DNA of 64,000 nt from Candidatus Omnitrophota bacterium (GTDB lineage: Bacteria > Omnitrophota > Gorgyraeia > Gygaellales > Profunditerraquicolaceae), in assembly GCA_041663665.1 (NCBI GenBank), contig JBAYMG010000003.1:86910-150909 (forward strand), given 5' to 3'. The translations under genes were made by a program, and so were the position numbers. The notes under the pieces are model-generated. The model had not been told where the DNA came from. It saw only the letters and a program-made list of their open reading frames with translations, and ran no database searches. This document shows positions 29,302 through 39,545 of this stretch, in pieces (the first letter of the stretch is position 1; the number at the start of each line of letters is the position of its first letter).

Positions 29302-31476
29302 GTGAAAGAAAGAAGAATTAATGAAGTCAAAGGTGTAATCTTAGTAGCACTGGGGCTGATGGTTTTAGCCAGCCTTTTGCGCTTTGATCGGCTTGACTTA
29401 ATTTTCTACACTTCACATCCTAATTTCCCACCTAAAAATCTGCTTGGAGTATTCGGTGCTTATTTAGCCGGAATCCTCGTATTTATATTCGGCAATATCT
29501 CCAGTTTTATTATTCCATTTTTAGTTATTGCTTTGGGCATAAAATATTTTCGTCAAGATAAGCCTTATTTAAGCATTCCGCGTATTTTAGGCATGTTTAT
29601 TTTGCTTGTCTCGATAAGCTCGCTCATCGGGATGTTTAATTTGACTAATGAACCTCTAAGATTTCAAACTTCCGGGTTCTTAGGGGCACTTACCTCGAAT
29701 TTTATAACCACCTATTTTAGCCGCTTGGGTGGTTTTATTATTTTTATTACTTTTATTATTCTTTCTTTAGCTTTAGTTACGGAAATTCTTATTTCTTCGA
29801 TTTTTTTAAAAATAGTTGAAAAGATAAAATCTCTGTTTGCCGGTTTAGCTATTTTTACTAATAAGAAAAAAGCTGTTCCGGTTAGGGTTAAGGGTAATTT
29901 GATCAACAATCTTATTCCCAAGAAACAGGAGCAGCCTAATTTGTCTAAACCAAAAATATTTATGCCTGAAACTGTTGCGCCTAAATTAAAGATTCAGATT
30001 AAAACCAAGCCGGATACAGAAGAAGTCAAATTGAAACCAAGCGAATTAAAGATTGGTGATTACCATTTGCCTTCACTAGATCTATTAGATGAGCCTTTGG
30101 CGTCAGATACCAGGTCGATGAAGGAGGATCTTGAAGCCTGCGCCCGGACGTTGGAAGATACGTTGGAAGATTTTGGTATTTCGGCTAAAGTTACAGATAT
30201 TATCCGCGGGCCGGTAATTACCCGTTATGAGCTTGAGCCTGCGCCTGGGGTAAAGATTAATCGTATTGAGGCTTTAAGTGATGATATTTCTTTGGCGATT
30301 AAAGCCCAGTCAATAAGAATCATTGCCCCCATACCGGGTAAAGGCAGAGTAGGAGTTGAGGTCCCTAATTCGACAAGTACCTTAGTTTGTATTAGGGATT
30401 TACTTGCTTCACCGGAGTATCATAAGCAGAAATCAGCTTTAACTATGGCATTGGGTAAGGATATTACCGGTAAACCGATATTTGGCGATTTAGGTGATAT
30501 GCCACATTTGTTAATTGCCGGCACTACCGGATCAGGCAAAACCGTCTGTGTTAATACTTGTATTTTATCGTTACTTTTTAAAGGTTCTCCCAATGATTTG
30601 AAATTTTTAATGATCGACCCTAAGATGGTTGAACTCATGCCTTTTAATGGTTTGCCGCATTTATTGTGCCCGGTAGTTACTGATGCTAAAAAAGCCGCAG
30701 TTGCGCTTAATTGGGTGGTTTCAGAGATGGAATCGCGGTATCAGCTTTTGTCTAAAGCCGGGGCAAGAAATATTGAGGCGTATAACCAAAAGCAGGAAAA
30801 AATTCCTTATATTATAGTCATTGTTGATGAATTTGCAGATCTTATGAGTGTGGCTCGTGATCAGATTGAGAATGCAATTACCCGCCTTGCTCAGTTGTCG
30901 CGTGCTGTAGGCATACATTTGATTTTAGCTACACAGCGTCCAAGCGTTGATGTTATTACCGGAGTAATCAAGGCAAATTTACCCGCACGCGTTTCTTTTA
31001 AGGTGGCTTCGAAAGTCGATTCACGTACGGTGCTGGATGCTAATGGTGCAGAAACTTTATTAGGTAAGGGGGATATGTTATTTTTGCAGCCTGGAAGAGA
31101 AGATTTAATCCGTATTCAGGGAGCCTTGGTTAAGGACTCCGAAATTGAAAAAGTAGTGGAATTCATTAAAGCTCAAGGTGAGCCGGCTTATGATGATGAA
31201 ATTCTTAAAGAGCAGCAGAAAAATAGTGCTTCTGGCGGGGGAGAGAAAGATGAGCTTTATGATGAAGCTGTGCGGGTAATTATGGAAAGTAATCAGGCTT
31301 CAGTTTCTATACTGCAAAGGCGTATGCGCTTAGGTTATACCCGGGCGGCACGTATTATTGACACCATGGAGGCTGAAGGCTTAGTTGGCCCGTTTGAAGG
31401 AAGCAAGCCGCGCAGAATTTTAGTTGACCGAGAGTCTTGGCTTAATGATTTAACCGGTGGCAGCACTCCGCGCTAA
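29302..31476 (+). CDS. ftsK: DNA translocase FtsK/SpoIIIE (GTG start)
   Basis: N-terminal TM segments, Walker A GTTGSGKT, and a C-terminal gamma winged-helix domain (SILQRRMRLGYTRAARIIDTMEAEGLV). Confidence 0.9.
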   Translation: MKERRINEVKGVILVALGLMVLASLLRFDRLDLIFYTSHPNFPPKNLLGVFGAYLAGILVFIFGNISSFIIPFLVIALGIKYFRQDKPYLSIPRILGMFILLVSISSLIGMFNLTNEPLRFQTSGFLGALTSNFITTYFSRLGGFIIFITFIILSLALVTEILISSIFLKIVEKIKSLFAGLAIFTNKKKAVPVRVKGNLINNLIPKKQEQPNLSKPKIFMPETVAPKLKIQIKTKPDTEEVKLKPSELKIGDYHLPSLDLLDEPLASDTRSMKEDLEACARTLEDTLEDFGISAKVTDIIRGPVITRYELEPAPGVKINRIEALSDDISLAIKAQSIRIIAPIPGKGRVGVEVPNSTSTLVCIRDLLASPEYHKQKSALTMALGKDITGKPIFGDLGDMPHLLIAGTTGSGKTVCVNTCILSLLFKGSPNDLKFLMIDPKMVELMPFNGLPHLLCPVVTDAKKAAVALNWVVSEMESRYQLLSKAGARNIEAYNQKQEKIPYIIVIVDEFADLMSVARDQIENAITRLAQLSRAVGIHLILATQRPSVDVITGVIKANLPARVSFKVASKVDSRTVLDANGAETLLGKGDMLFLQPGREDLIRIQGALVKDSEIEKVVEFIKAQGEPAYDDEILKEQQKNSASGGGEKDELYDEAVRVIMESNQASVSILQRRMRLGYTRAARIIDTMEAEGLVGPFEGSKPRRILVDRESWLNDLTGGSTPR

Positions 31477-31546
31477 AAAGGTTGGTTAACTTTTTTAAGT
31501 ATTACGCCGGCAAAGTGTTATTAATTTAAGGGGAGAGATAAAGCTT

Positions 31547-32347
31547 GTGAATATGGAATCAGTGGGAGCGAGATTAAAAAAGATCCGCCAGGGGATGGGG
31601 ATCAATTTAGAGGATCTTGCAAAAAAAACTAAAATCCATCTTAATATTTTGCGGGTAATTGAAGGTGATAGCATCTCAGATTTAAGCCCGATTTACCTTA
31701 AGGGTTTTATTAAAATGTATTGCGTTGCGCTTAACCTTGATCCGAAAGAATATACCGGCTCTTCTACTAGCCAACCAGGTAAACCGGTGTTAAATGCAAC
31801 TGTTGGCAGGCCTATTGGCGAACGGACTGAAAAGAAGCCGTCTTTGATTAAGGATACATCCGTAAAATTAGTTTCGTTAAAACCTTCGGCTGATTTTAAA
31901 AAGAGAATAGTCTTTATAATTTTATTAATAATTTTCATGTTTTTAGGAATCAATCTCTTAAAATTTATTTTTTCCCGTCGGAATACTTCATTAGAAAGGG
32001 CTAAGATTATTATGCCTGTTTCTGTGCCCAAAATTGCTGAAAAACAATCTAAAGCCAAGCAACCAAGCTACCGGAAAGATTTAGCTTCCGGGTTTACTTT
32101 GGGGATATTTGCCCGCAATAAATCCTGGGTAACTGCTAAGGTTGACGGTAAGGTTATTTTTCATGGCGTATTGGCCCGGGGCAGAAGTGAAGCCTGGCAG
32201 GCACATGAAAAAGTCGAATTATCTTTGGGTGATGCCGGTGCAGTAGAATTGCAGGTGAACGATCAGCGTTTTAATAATCTTGGCCGCCGCGGAAAGCCTT
32301 TAAAAAATATTATTATTAATAAAGAAGGCTTGAAAATTTCCAGATGA
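31547..32347 (+). CDS. rodZ: RodZ-like cytoskeleton protein (XRE HTH + TM + DUF4115)
   Basis: N-terminal HTH (LGARLKKIRQGMGINLEDLAKKTKI), one TM segment, and a C-terminal DUF4115-like beta domain. An alternative GTG start lies at 31541. Confidence 0.7.
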   Translation: MNMESVGARLKKIRQGMGINLEDLAKKTKIHLNILRVIEGDSISDLSPIYLKGFIKMYCVALNLDPKEYTGSSTSQPGKPVLNATVGRPIGERTEKKPSLIKDTSVKLVSLKPSADFKKRIVFIILLIIFMFLGINLLKFIFSRRNTSLERAKIIMPVSVPKIAEKQSKAKQPSYRKDLASGFTLGIFARNKSWVTAKVDGKVIFHGVLARGRSEAWQAHEKVELSLGDAGAVELQVNDQRFNNLGRRGKPLKNIIINKEGLKISR

Positions 32348-33588
32348 AACAAAAACTAGGAATATTGTCTTTAGGATGCCCAAGAAATTTGGTGGACAGC
32401 GAAGCTTTAGCCGGACGGCTAAATTTTAAAGGTTATTCTATTACGGATAATATGGAAGAAGCGCAGGTTGCTATAGTCAATACTTGTGCTTTTACTGAAG
32501 AGGCCAAGTGTGAGTCTATTGATGCAATCCTGGACCTGATTGAATTAAAAAAACAGGGTAGACTTAAAAAAATAATTGTTTATGGGTGCTTGAGCCAGCG
32601 TTACAGAGATTTAGAAAGCCAGCTGCCTGAGGTTGATGCTTTTGTCGGGGCACTGGGATTAAATCATGAAACAAAAAGATTTGCACTTACTCCTAAACAT
32701 TACGCTTATTTAAAAATATGCGAAGGGTGTGTGAATAATTGTAGTTATTGTGTAATTCCCAGGATTAAGGGTAAACTTAAGAGCCTGGATGAGAAATCGA
32801 TAGTTCAAAAGGTTAAGTGTTTTAACCGGGAGAAAATTTCAGAACTTAATATTATCGGCCAGGATATTACCGGATTTGGTTTGGATTTTTCCGGGAAAAG
32901 CCAGCTGTTAAAAATTTTAAAAAAAGTAATCCTTAATTCTGCGGATATTGGTTGGATCCGGCTCTTGTATTTGAATCCCCGGAGGATTACTGATGAATTG
33001 CTGGAATTAATTGCTTCGAATAGGCGGATATGTAAGTATATTGATTTACCGATACAGCATATCAATGATCGGATCTTGAAGCTGATGAATCGTCAGATTA
33101 CTAAAGACGAGATCATTTCCTTGATTAAGAAAATCAGGAATACTATTCCCGGGGTTTATATCCGTACTTCAGTTATCGTCGGTTTTCCTTCAGAAACAGA
33201 GCAAGAATTTAGCCAGCTACTTGAGTTTATTAAGGAAATAAAGTTCGATAGATTGGGCGCCTTTATTTACTCTCGTGAAGAAAATACCCCGGCGTATAAT
33301 TTTAAAGGCCAATTAAGTAAAAAAATAAAAGAAAACAGATTTGATCGGGTTATGTCTCTACAGCAAGAAGTAGCCCGAGAGATTAATGCTGGATTCCTTG
33401 GCAGGAAAATGAATGTTCTGGTTGAGGAGAAGCGGGGCGAGGCATACGTTGGGCGTTCTCAGGGGGATGCTCCGGAAGTTGATGGTGTAGTTTATATTAA
33501 TACAAAAAAAGCTTTAAAAATAGGCGGATTTATACAGGTAAAAATTACTGATACTCTAGAGTATGATCTAGTGGGGGAGATAATATGA
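32344..33588 (+). CDS. rimO: ribosomal protein S12 methylthiotransferase RimO (radical SAM MTTase)
   Basis: N-terminal MTTase Cys (LGCPRN..NTCAF), radical-SAM CEGCVNNCSYC, and a C-terminal TRAM domain. Confidence 0.85.
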   Translation: MKQKLGILSLGCPRNLVDSEALAGRLNFKGYSITDNMEEAQVAIVNTCAFTEEAKCESIDAILDLIELKKQGRLKKIIVYGCLSQRYRDLESQLPEVDAFVGALGLNHETKRFALTPKHYAYLKICEGCVNNCSYCVIPRIKGKLKSLDEKSIVQKVKCFNREKISELNIIGQDITGFGLDFSGKSQLLKILKKVILNSADIGWIRLLYLNPRRITDELLELIASNRRICKYIDLPIQHINDRILKLMNRQITKDEIISLIKKIRNTIPGVYIRTSVIVGFPSETEQEFSQLLEFIKEIKFDRLGAFIYSREENTPAYNFKGQLSKKIKENRFDRVMSLQQEVAREINAGFLGRKMNVLVEEKRGEAYVGRSQGDAPEVDGVVYINTKKALKIGGFIQVKITDTLEYDLVGEII

Positions 33589-34163
33589 ATTTAGCTAATC
33601 GTTTAACCATGTCGAGAATATTGTTAACTTTTGTTTTTATGTTTTTTCTGTTTTGTCATGGCCTTTGGCCTAAGGTAATTAGCTTGATTGTTTTTATTCT
33701 TGCGGCTTTATCGGATTTGTTTGATGGAATGATTGCCCAGCGCAGGAATATGGTTACAGATTTTGGCCGGCTTATGGATCCGATTGCCGATAAAATACTG
33801 GTGTTGGCGGCTTTTGCGGCATTTGTGCAACTGCAGTTAATTGATGCCTGGATGTTTGTAATTATTGTTTCCCGGGAGATTCTCATTACATCTTTGCGTT
33901 TATTTGCCCTAAATAAAGGTAAAGTGTTATCGGCAGCCAGGGCCGGTAAGCATAAAACTGTTTTGCAGATGACTGTAATTTTTACTATTTTAGGTTTTAT
34001 TGTGCTTAAAGAAATTATACTTAAATATTTTACTTGGAATCCTGCCTGGGAAACGGCTTTTCGGCGAGGCATATTTTTCTTGATGCTGACTACCATTGTT
34101 TTAACTCTTTATTCCGGGTTGTCGTATTTATGGGACAATCGCAAAGTAATTACTCGTCTATGA
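33585..34163 (+). CDS. pgsA: CDP-diacylglycerol--glycerol-3-phosphate 3-phosphatidyltransferase
   Basis: CDP-alcohol phosphatidyltransferase motif DLFDGMIAQRRNMVTDFGRLMDPIADK. Confidence 0.85.
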   Translation: MNLANRLTMSRILLTFVFMFFLFCHGLWPKVISLIVFILAALSDLFDGMIAQRRNMVTDFGRLMDPIADKILVLAAFAAFVQLQLIDAWMFVIIVSREILITSLRLFALNKGKVLSAARAGKHKTVLQMTVIFTILGFIVLKEIILKYFTWNPAWETAFRRGIFFLMLTTIVLTLYSGLSYLWDNRKVITRL

Positions 34164-34624
34164 AGTTTGGTCATTTAGTTGATTTTTTGGTTAAAGCAGT
34201 ATCGACCGTTTTCTTTATCGGATATTTGCCGCTTATCCCGGGGACATTCGGCAGCCTAGTCGGAGTCGGCTTGTTTTATCTAATTAAAGCGCCTGCTCAG
34301 CCGGTTTATTTTTTAGTTATTTTTTGTGTAATGTGCCTTGGATTGTTGACCGCTGGCAGAACCGAGAAGCTGTTGAATAAGAAGGATCCGGGCTGCATTG
34401 TTATTGATGAAGTTATGGGCATGCTGGTTGCGCTTAGTTTTATACCGGTAGATTTAAAGTTGGTTATTTTAGGTTTTATTATTTTTCGTATATTGGATAC
34501 TCTTAAGGTTTTTCCCGCCGAGAGGCTGCAGCAAATGCACGGTTCAGTCGGGGTAATGGGTGATGATTTGGTTGCGGGTATTTTTACTAATATTACTTTG
34601 CAATTGATTTTAAGATTTTCTTAA
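34160..34624 (+). CDS. pgpA: phosphatidylglycerophosphatase A
   Basis: In-frame ATG at 34160 (MKFGHLVDFLVKAVSTVFFIGYLPLIPGTFGS..), the PgpA signature. ATGA overlap with the pgsA stop. Confidence 0.8.
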   Translation: MKFGHLVDFLVKAVSTVFFIGYLPLIPGTFGSLVGVGLFYLIKAPAQPVYFLVIFCVMCLGLLTAGRTEKLLNKKDPGCIVIDEVMGMLVALSFIPVDLKLVILGFIIFRILDTLKVFPAERLQQMHGSVGVMGDDLVAGIFTNITLQLILRFS

Positions 34625-34634
34625 GGCTAAATTT

Positions 34635-35114
34635 TTATATAATTTGGCGGGCTAACAGACATAAGGCTTGATAAGCAGATTTTTTACGAATAACCTCGCG
34701 GTTTCCCCGGAAAGAAAATTTTAAACAAATATTCCTGCTTTTTTTTGCTAAACAAATGAATACCGTTCCGATGGGTTTGTTTTTAGTTGCTCCTGTCGGA
34801 CCGGCAATGCCGGTAATGCTAAGCCCAAAATCAGTATTTGTTTTTTTGCGGATATTTTTAGCCATTAAGATTGCAGTGTTACTGGATACTGCACCGTATT
34901 TGGCAATTATTTTTGCTGGAATATTTAAAAGCTTTACTTTTGCTTCGTTGTTGTAGGCAACAATGCTTGAAAAGAAATAGACTGAGGAGCCGGATTGGCT
35001 GGTTAACAGGCTAGAGAGTAACCCTCCGGTGCAGGATTCAGCCAGGGAAATAGTTTTTTGTTGTTTTGTTAGTTGCTTGTGGACTTCTTTGGTAATTTTC
35101 TTTAACATAGCCAT
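34635..35114 (-). CDS. CinA C-terminal-domain protein (NMN amidohydrolase PncC-like)
   Basis: ..ISLAESCTGGLLSSLLTSQSGSS..GLSITGIAGP.. The start is set at MAMLKK (35114); the ORF could instead begin at the upstream Met at 35180. Confidence 0.75.
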   Translation of the reverse strand: MAMLKKITKEVHKQLTKQQKTISLAESCTGGLLSSLLTSQSGSSVYFFSSIVAYNNEAKVKLLNIPAKIIAKYGAVSSNTAILMAKNIRKKTNTDFGLSITGIAGPTGATKNKPIGTVFICLAKKSRNICLKFSFRGNREVIRKKSAYQALCLLARQII

Positions 35115-35181
35115 ATTATAACCGTTTTTAATTATATTGACAAGTTGTGTTTCTTTGTTAAAATAAAGCATAATTAACAAT

Positions 35182-35344
35182 CTTCAGGGCAAGGTGAAAA
35201 TCCTTACCGGCGGTCGCGCCAGAGGCGCGCATCAAACTGTTAAGTTTAGTTTGAATGAAAGCCCGCGAGCTTAAAATCTGTATGCAGGTTTTAAGCAGAC
35301 TTGGTGAGATACCAGGGCCGATGGTAAAGTCCAGATGGAAGAAG
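35182..35344 (+). promoter_or_regulatory. FMN riboswitch (RFN element) aptamer upstream of ribBA
   Basis: cttcagGGCAAGGTGAAAATCCTTACCGGCGGT..AGCCCGCGAGC..GGGCCGATGGTAAAGTCCAGATGGaagaag matches the conserved RFN core (GGGCAGGGTGAAATTCCCGACCGGCGGT..AGCCCG..GTGAAAGTCTGGATGGGAGAAG in B. subtilis), with a P1 cttc/gaag closure. Confidence 0.85.
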
Positions 35345-35393
35345 ATTTCCGTATAACTTTATGGCGGATTTATTGGATAACCAAGAAAACATT

Positions 35394-35429
35394 GCCCGAA
35401 GATTCTGTTTCGGGCTATTTTTTTATTTG
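35394..35429 (+). terminator. intrinsic terminator forming the riboswitch expression platform (transcription attenuator)
   Basis: gcccgaa gattctgt ttcgggc followed by tatttttttattt. Confidence 0.7.
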
Positions 35430-35466
35430 TTGATAATTTATGCAGCAGCAGGGTAAAAGGAAAATT

Positions 35467-36675
35467 ATGTTTAATGCTATCGATGAAATTTTAGAAGACT
35501 TAAAAGAAGGTAAAATGGTTATCGTGGTTGACGACGAAGACCGTGAGAATGAAGGGGATTTGGTCATGGCTGCTTTAAGCGTCAAGCCTGAGGATATAAA
35601 TTTTATGGCTAAATTCGGCAGAGGGCTTATTTGTGTGCCGATGGAAGAAGAGCGTTTACGTTTTCTGGAGCTGGATCCGATGTTAAAAAATACTCTGCAG
35701 GCCAATAAACAGGATCCTTTCAAAACTGCCTGGATGATTTCGGTTGATGCTGCGTTTGGGGTAAGTACCGGTATTTCAGCTTCTGACCGGGCCCGCACAA
35801 TCGGGGTTTTAATTAATTCGCAAAGCAAGTCGGAAGATTTAATTCGACCGGGACATATTTTCCCTTTACGTAGCCGTCGGGGAGGAGTTTTGGTTAGGGC
35901 AGGTCATACTGAAGCAAGCGTGGATTTAATGCGCTTGGCAGGCCTTTATCCGGCAGGAGTTATTTGTGAAATTATGAATGATGATGGCAGCATGTCCCGC
36001 CTGCCGCAGCTTTTGGATTTTGCAAAAAAACATGATTTAAAAATTTGCACTATTGCCAGTTTGATTGAATACCGGCGTAAACGGGAAAAATTAGTCGAGG
36101 TGGTTGTCCAGACCAAACTGCCCACAAAATTCGGGGAATTTAGATTAGTTATTTATCGCGATAAGACCTGTGATCAGACGCATATTGCCTTGTGTATGGG
36201 CAGCTGGAAAGATGAATCAGTGCTTGTACGCGTACATTCAGAATGCTTAACCGGAGATGTTTTTGGTTCGTTGCGTTGTGACTGCGGTAAGCAATTGGAG
36301 AAGGCTATGCAGCTTATTGCTGAAGAAAAAAAGGGTGTAGTTCTTTATATGAACCAGGAGGGGCGCGGCATAGGCTTAGTCGAGAAGATCCGTGCTTATA
36401 GTCTTCAAGATAAAGGAATGGATACGGTAGAAGCTAATGAAGCGTTAGGGCATAAGGTTGACTTACGTGATTATGGTATTGGCGCCCAGATTCTTGTTGA
36501 CCTGGGGATTAAGCAGATAAGATTGTTGACTAATAATCCGCGTAAAATTATCGGTTTGGAAGGATATGGCCTAAAAGTTGCTCAGCGTTTACCTATAGAA
36601 ATTAAACCAAATGTAGAAAATTATAAGTATTTAAAAACAAAAAAAGAGAAGATGGGGCATCAATTAAATATCTAA
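35467..36675 (+). CDS. ribBA: bifunctional 3,4-dihydroxy-2-butanone-4-phosphate synthase / GTP cyclohydrolase II
   Basis: MFNAIDEILEDLKEGKMVIVVDDEDRENEGDLV (RibB) and the CxxC..C GTP cyclohydrolase II zinc site (ECLTGDVFGSLRCDCG). SD AAAAGGA before ATG 35467. Confidence 0.9.
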   Translation: MFNAIDEILEDLKEGKMVIVVDDEDRENEGDLVMAALSVKPEDINFMAKFGRGLICVPMEEERLRFLELDPMLKNTLQANKQDPFKTAWMISVDAAFGVSTGISASDRARTIGVLINSQSKSEDLIRPGHIFPLRSRRGGVLVRAGHTEASVDLMRLAGLYPAGVICEIMNDDGSMSRLPQLLDFAKKHDLKICTIASLIEYRRKREKLVEVVVQTKLPTKFGEFRLVIYRDKTCDQTHIALCMGSWKDESVLVRVHSECLTGDVFGSLRCDCGKQLEKAMQLIAEEKKGVVLYMNQEGRGIGLVEKIRAYSLQDKGMDTVEANEALGHKVDLRDYGIGAQILVDLGIKQIRLLTNNPRKIIGLEGYGLKVAQRLPIEIKPNVENYKYLKTKKEKMGHQLNI

Positions 36676-36720
36676 ATAACTTATTAATTGTAATTAATAA
36701 TAATTAACCGGGAGGAAATA

Positions 36721-37188
36721 ATGGTAAAGGTGGTTGAAGGTAAACTGTTGGCAAAAGGCCAGACTTTTGGTTTGGTGGCTTCGCGTTTTAATGATTTTAT
36801 GACTAAAGAGCTAGTCAGTGGTTGTATTGATACTTTGATCAGGCATGGGGCCGAGGATAAAGACATTACCGTAGCCTGGGTTCCGGGTGCATTTGAGATT
36901 CCATTAGTTGCTCAAAAGATGGCTAAAGCTAAAACATTTGACGCTTTAATTTGCCTTGGTACGGTTATTCGCGGAGCAACTCCGCATTTTGATTATATTG
37001 CTTCGGAAGTAGCAAAGGGGGTTGCCAAGGTTTCTTTAGATAATAGTATTCCGGTTATATTTGGCGTAATTACCGCCGATAGCATTGAACAGGCAGTTGA
37101 ACGTGCAGGTTCTAAGGATGGTAATAAAGGCAGGGATGCGGCGCTTTCCGCAATTGAGATGATTAATCTTTCAGGGCAATTAAAATAA
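36721..37188 (+). CDS. ribH: 6,7-dimethyl-8-ribityllumazine synthase
   Basis: 155 aa; ..[36 protein letters not shown]... SD GGGAGG. Confidence 0.9.
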   Translation: MVKVVEGKLLAKGQTFGLVASRFNDFMTKELVSGCIDTLIRHGAEDKDITVAWVPGAFEIPLVAQKMAKAKTFDALICLGTVIRGATPHFDYIASEVAKGVAKVSLDNSIPVIFGVITADSIEQAVERAGSKDGNKGRDAALSAIEMINLSGQLK

Positions 37189-37195
37189 TAATTAT

Positions 37196-37612
37196 ATGAG
37201 AAAACGAACTAAAGCACGTGAATATGTATTGCAAATGCTTTATCAGGTAGATATTACCCGGGGTGTATGGCAGGAAGTTTTGGAAAATTTTTGGGAGAAT
37301 ACTGAGCACGATGAAGATTCCGAAGAGCTTAAAGATTTCTCTGCACAATTGCTCCAGGGGGTAGTCAAGTATATGCAGGATATTGATAAGAAAATTAGCA
37401 AGTATGCGGCGAATTGGCAGCTTGAGCGTATGGCATTCGTCGATCGTAATATTATGCGTTTGGGGTGTTTTGAGCTTCTCTACCGCCAGGATATTCCTCC
37501 TAAAGTTGCGATTAATGAAGCAGTGGAGCTGGCTAAAAAATACTCCGGCTTGGAATCTGGTAAGTTTGTTAATGCCATATTAGATCAAGTAAAGATTGAG
37601 AAAGAAAAGTGA
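37196..37612 (+). CDS. nusB: transcription antitermination factor NusB
   Basis: 138 aa; ..REYVLQMLYQVDIT..AFVDRNIMRLGCFELLY... Confidence 0.85.
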   Translation: MRKRTKAREYVLQMLYQVDITRGVWQEVLENFWENTEHDEDSEELKDFSAQLLQGVVKYMQDIDKKISKYAANWQLERMAFVDRNIMRLGCFELLYRQDIPPKVAINEAVELAKKYSGLESGKFVNAILDQVKIEKEK

Positions 37613-38424
37613 ATTACGCTGATCTGCACGTTCATTCTTTAGCCAGCGACGGTACCTTTACCTGCGCGCAATTAGTTAAAGAAAGTATTAAACGTAAACT
37701 TTCGGCGATTGCTATAGTTGATCATGATACGGTTGCCGCAGTTGGCGAAGCAACCGCTTTAGCTGAGGGCCTGGATTTAGAAATTATTCCCGGTATCGAA
37801 TTAACTGCTCAATATGAAAACCAAGAAATTCATATTCTCGGATATTTTTTAGATTATCAAAATAATCTTTTGCTTCAAAAATTAAAATTAGTGCAGCAAA
37901 GCCGCATTGAACGAGTTTACCAGATTTTAATTAATCTAGAGGGGTTGGGAATAAAGTTAGATCCGGAGGCGGTTTTTAAAATTTCCGGGACAGGTACGGT
38001 GGGCAGGATGCATATCGCTCGAGCATTAGTTGAAAAAGGTTGTGTTGGCACAACCGCGGAAGCGTTTCGTAAATATATCGGTGATAAATCTCCAGCTTAT
38101 GTCCTGGGTTTTCGTCTTTCTCCCCAGGAAGCAATCCAGATAATTAATGATGCGGGAGGGGTTGCTGTTTTGGCCCATCCTTATATCTTGCGTAACGATG
38201 AATTGATCGCTGAATTTGCCGGAATGGGATTAAAGGGGATTGAAGTTTATTATCCGGAACATTCACAATCGATGGTTAACTTTTATCTGGATTTGGCTAA
38301 GAAATTAAATCTTTTGGTTACCGGAGGTTCAGATTTTCACGGCAGTGCGAAACCGGATATAAAGCTAGGTATAATTAAGGTCCCCATGGAATTGGTTGAA
38401 GTATTGCGTAGGGCTAAAAAATGA
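37609..38424 (+). CDS. PHP-domain metal-dependent phosphoesterase (TrpH/YciV-like); GTG start
   Basis: YADLHVHSLASDGTFT PHP motif I, and GGSDFHG later in the protein. Confidence 0.75.
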   Translation: MNYADLHVHSLASDGTFTCAQLVKESIKRKLSAIAIVDHDTVAAVGEATALAEGLDLEIIPGIELTAQYENQEIHILGYFLDYQNNLLLQKLKLVQQSRIERVYQILINLEGLGIKLDPEAVFKISGTGTVGRMHIARALVEKGCVGTTAEAFRKYIGDKSPAYVLGFRLSPQEAIQIINDAGGVAVLAHPYILRNDELIAEFAGMGLKGIEVYYPEHSQSMVNFYLDLAKKLNLLVTGGSDFHGSAKPDIKLGIIKVPMELVEVLRRAKK

Positions 38425-39542
38425 TTAAGCGCGGTGATGAATATTATATGGGTTTGGCTTTAAAGTTAGCGCTTAAGGCTAAAGGCAAAACTTCTCCTAA
38501 TCCTTTAGTCGGTGCGCTGGTTGTTCGAGCCGGTAAAATTGTCGGGTCTGGATTTCATGCTAAAGCAGGCCTGGCGCATGCGGAGATTGTTGCTTTAGAG
38601 CAGGCCGGTAGCCGAGCTAAAAATGCCACTCTGTTTGTTACACTTGAGCCATGCGCGCATACGGGGCGTACTGCTCCTTGCGTTAACCGTATAATAGAAA
38701 GCGGGATAGGTGAAGTAGTTATCGGGATGATTGACCCTAATCCTCTAAATAATGGCCGGGGGGTTGCCTTACTTAGGAAAAATAATATCAAAGTCAAGGT
38801 CGGAGTTTTGTCTCAGAAATTAACAAAAATTAATCAGACTTTTATAAAATATATTACTACCCGGACTCCTTTTGTTACGGTCAAAGTTGGGCAATCATTG
38901 GACGGCCGTATAGCTACGCGGACTGGTGATTCTAAGTGGATTACCTCTGATCAATCCCGCGCGTATGCGCATAAGATGCGTAAAGATTATGATGCGATTA
39001 TGGTTGGGGTAAATACGGTGTTGCGGGATAATCCGAGCCTTAATGCCTGGTTTTCGGAGAAGAAGTTAATAAAAATAGTTGTGGATAGTAATTTGAGTAT
39101 TCCTGAAAATTCCAATATTTTTTCCGGTGATGCTCAGGTGATTATTATTACTTTAGTTACCCGTCCGGGGCAAGAGACAGAGAATCGCAAGAGATTATTT
39201 GCTAAGGCTAAGATCCTGGAAGTTAAAGAAAAAGACGGTCAAATTAATTTACGTGATGCGTTAAAAAAGCTGGCGGGATTACAAATAAGTAATATTATTG
39301 TCGAAGGCGGTGGCACGCTGATCGGTTCGCTTTTTGATGAAAAGCTGGTTGATAAGATTTTATTTTTTATTAGCCCGAAGATCATTGGAGGCAAAGATGC
39401 TGTTTCTTCGGTAATGGGTAGTGGCGCTAAATGCGTTGCTGATGCAATAAAATTGGGTGATTTAAAAATAAAGCGGTTTGGAGAAGAATTGTTAATTGAA
39501 GCCGAGGTACTGAGCCACCATTATTTACCGGAGGCTCAGTAA
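38421..39542 (+). CDS. ribD: bifunctional riboflavin biosynthesis deaminase/reductase RibD
   Basis: Cytidine-deaminase zinc motifs HAEIVALE..TLEPCAHTGRTAPC, and a C-terminal RibG reductase domain. Confidence 0.9.
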   Translation: MIKRGDEYYMGLALKLALKAKGKTSPNPLVGALVVRAGKIVGSGFHAKAGLAHAEIVALEQAGSRAKNATLFVTLEPCAHTGRTAPCVNRIIESGIGEVVIGMIDPNPLNNGRGVALLRKNNIKVKVGVLSQKLTKINQTFIKYITTRTPFVTVKVGQSLDGRIATRTGDSKWITSDQSRAYAHKMRKDYDAIMVGVNTVLRDNPSLNAWFSEKKLIKIVVDSNLSIPENSNIFSGDAQVIIITLVTRPGQETENRKRLFAKAKILEVKEKDGQINLRDALKKLAGLQISNIIVEGGGTLIGSLFDEKLVDKILFFISPKIIGGKDAVSSVMGSGAKCVADAIKLGDLKIKRFGEELLIEAEVLSHHYLPEAQ

Positions 39543-39545
39543 CAA

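Noticed and set aside
31481-31505. A-tract/GTTAAC/T-tract after ftsK considered as a terminator
   Set aside because: The flanks are not self-complementary apart from the 6-bp GTTAAC palindrome; there is no stable stem.
35115-35143. TTGTCA-17-TATAAT on the minus strand whose -10 directly abuts the MAMLKK start of the CinA-C gene (possible leaderless mRNA)
   Set aside because: The ATG follows the -10 hexamer with 0 nt spacing. A transcription start about 7 nt downstream would fall inside the ORF, so this cannot be a leaderless start. It is probably chance in AT-rich sequence, or the gene starts at the upstream Met (35180).
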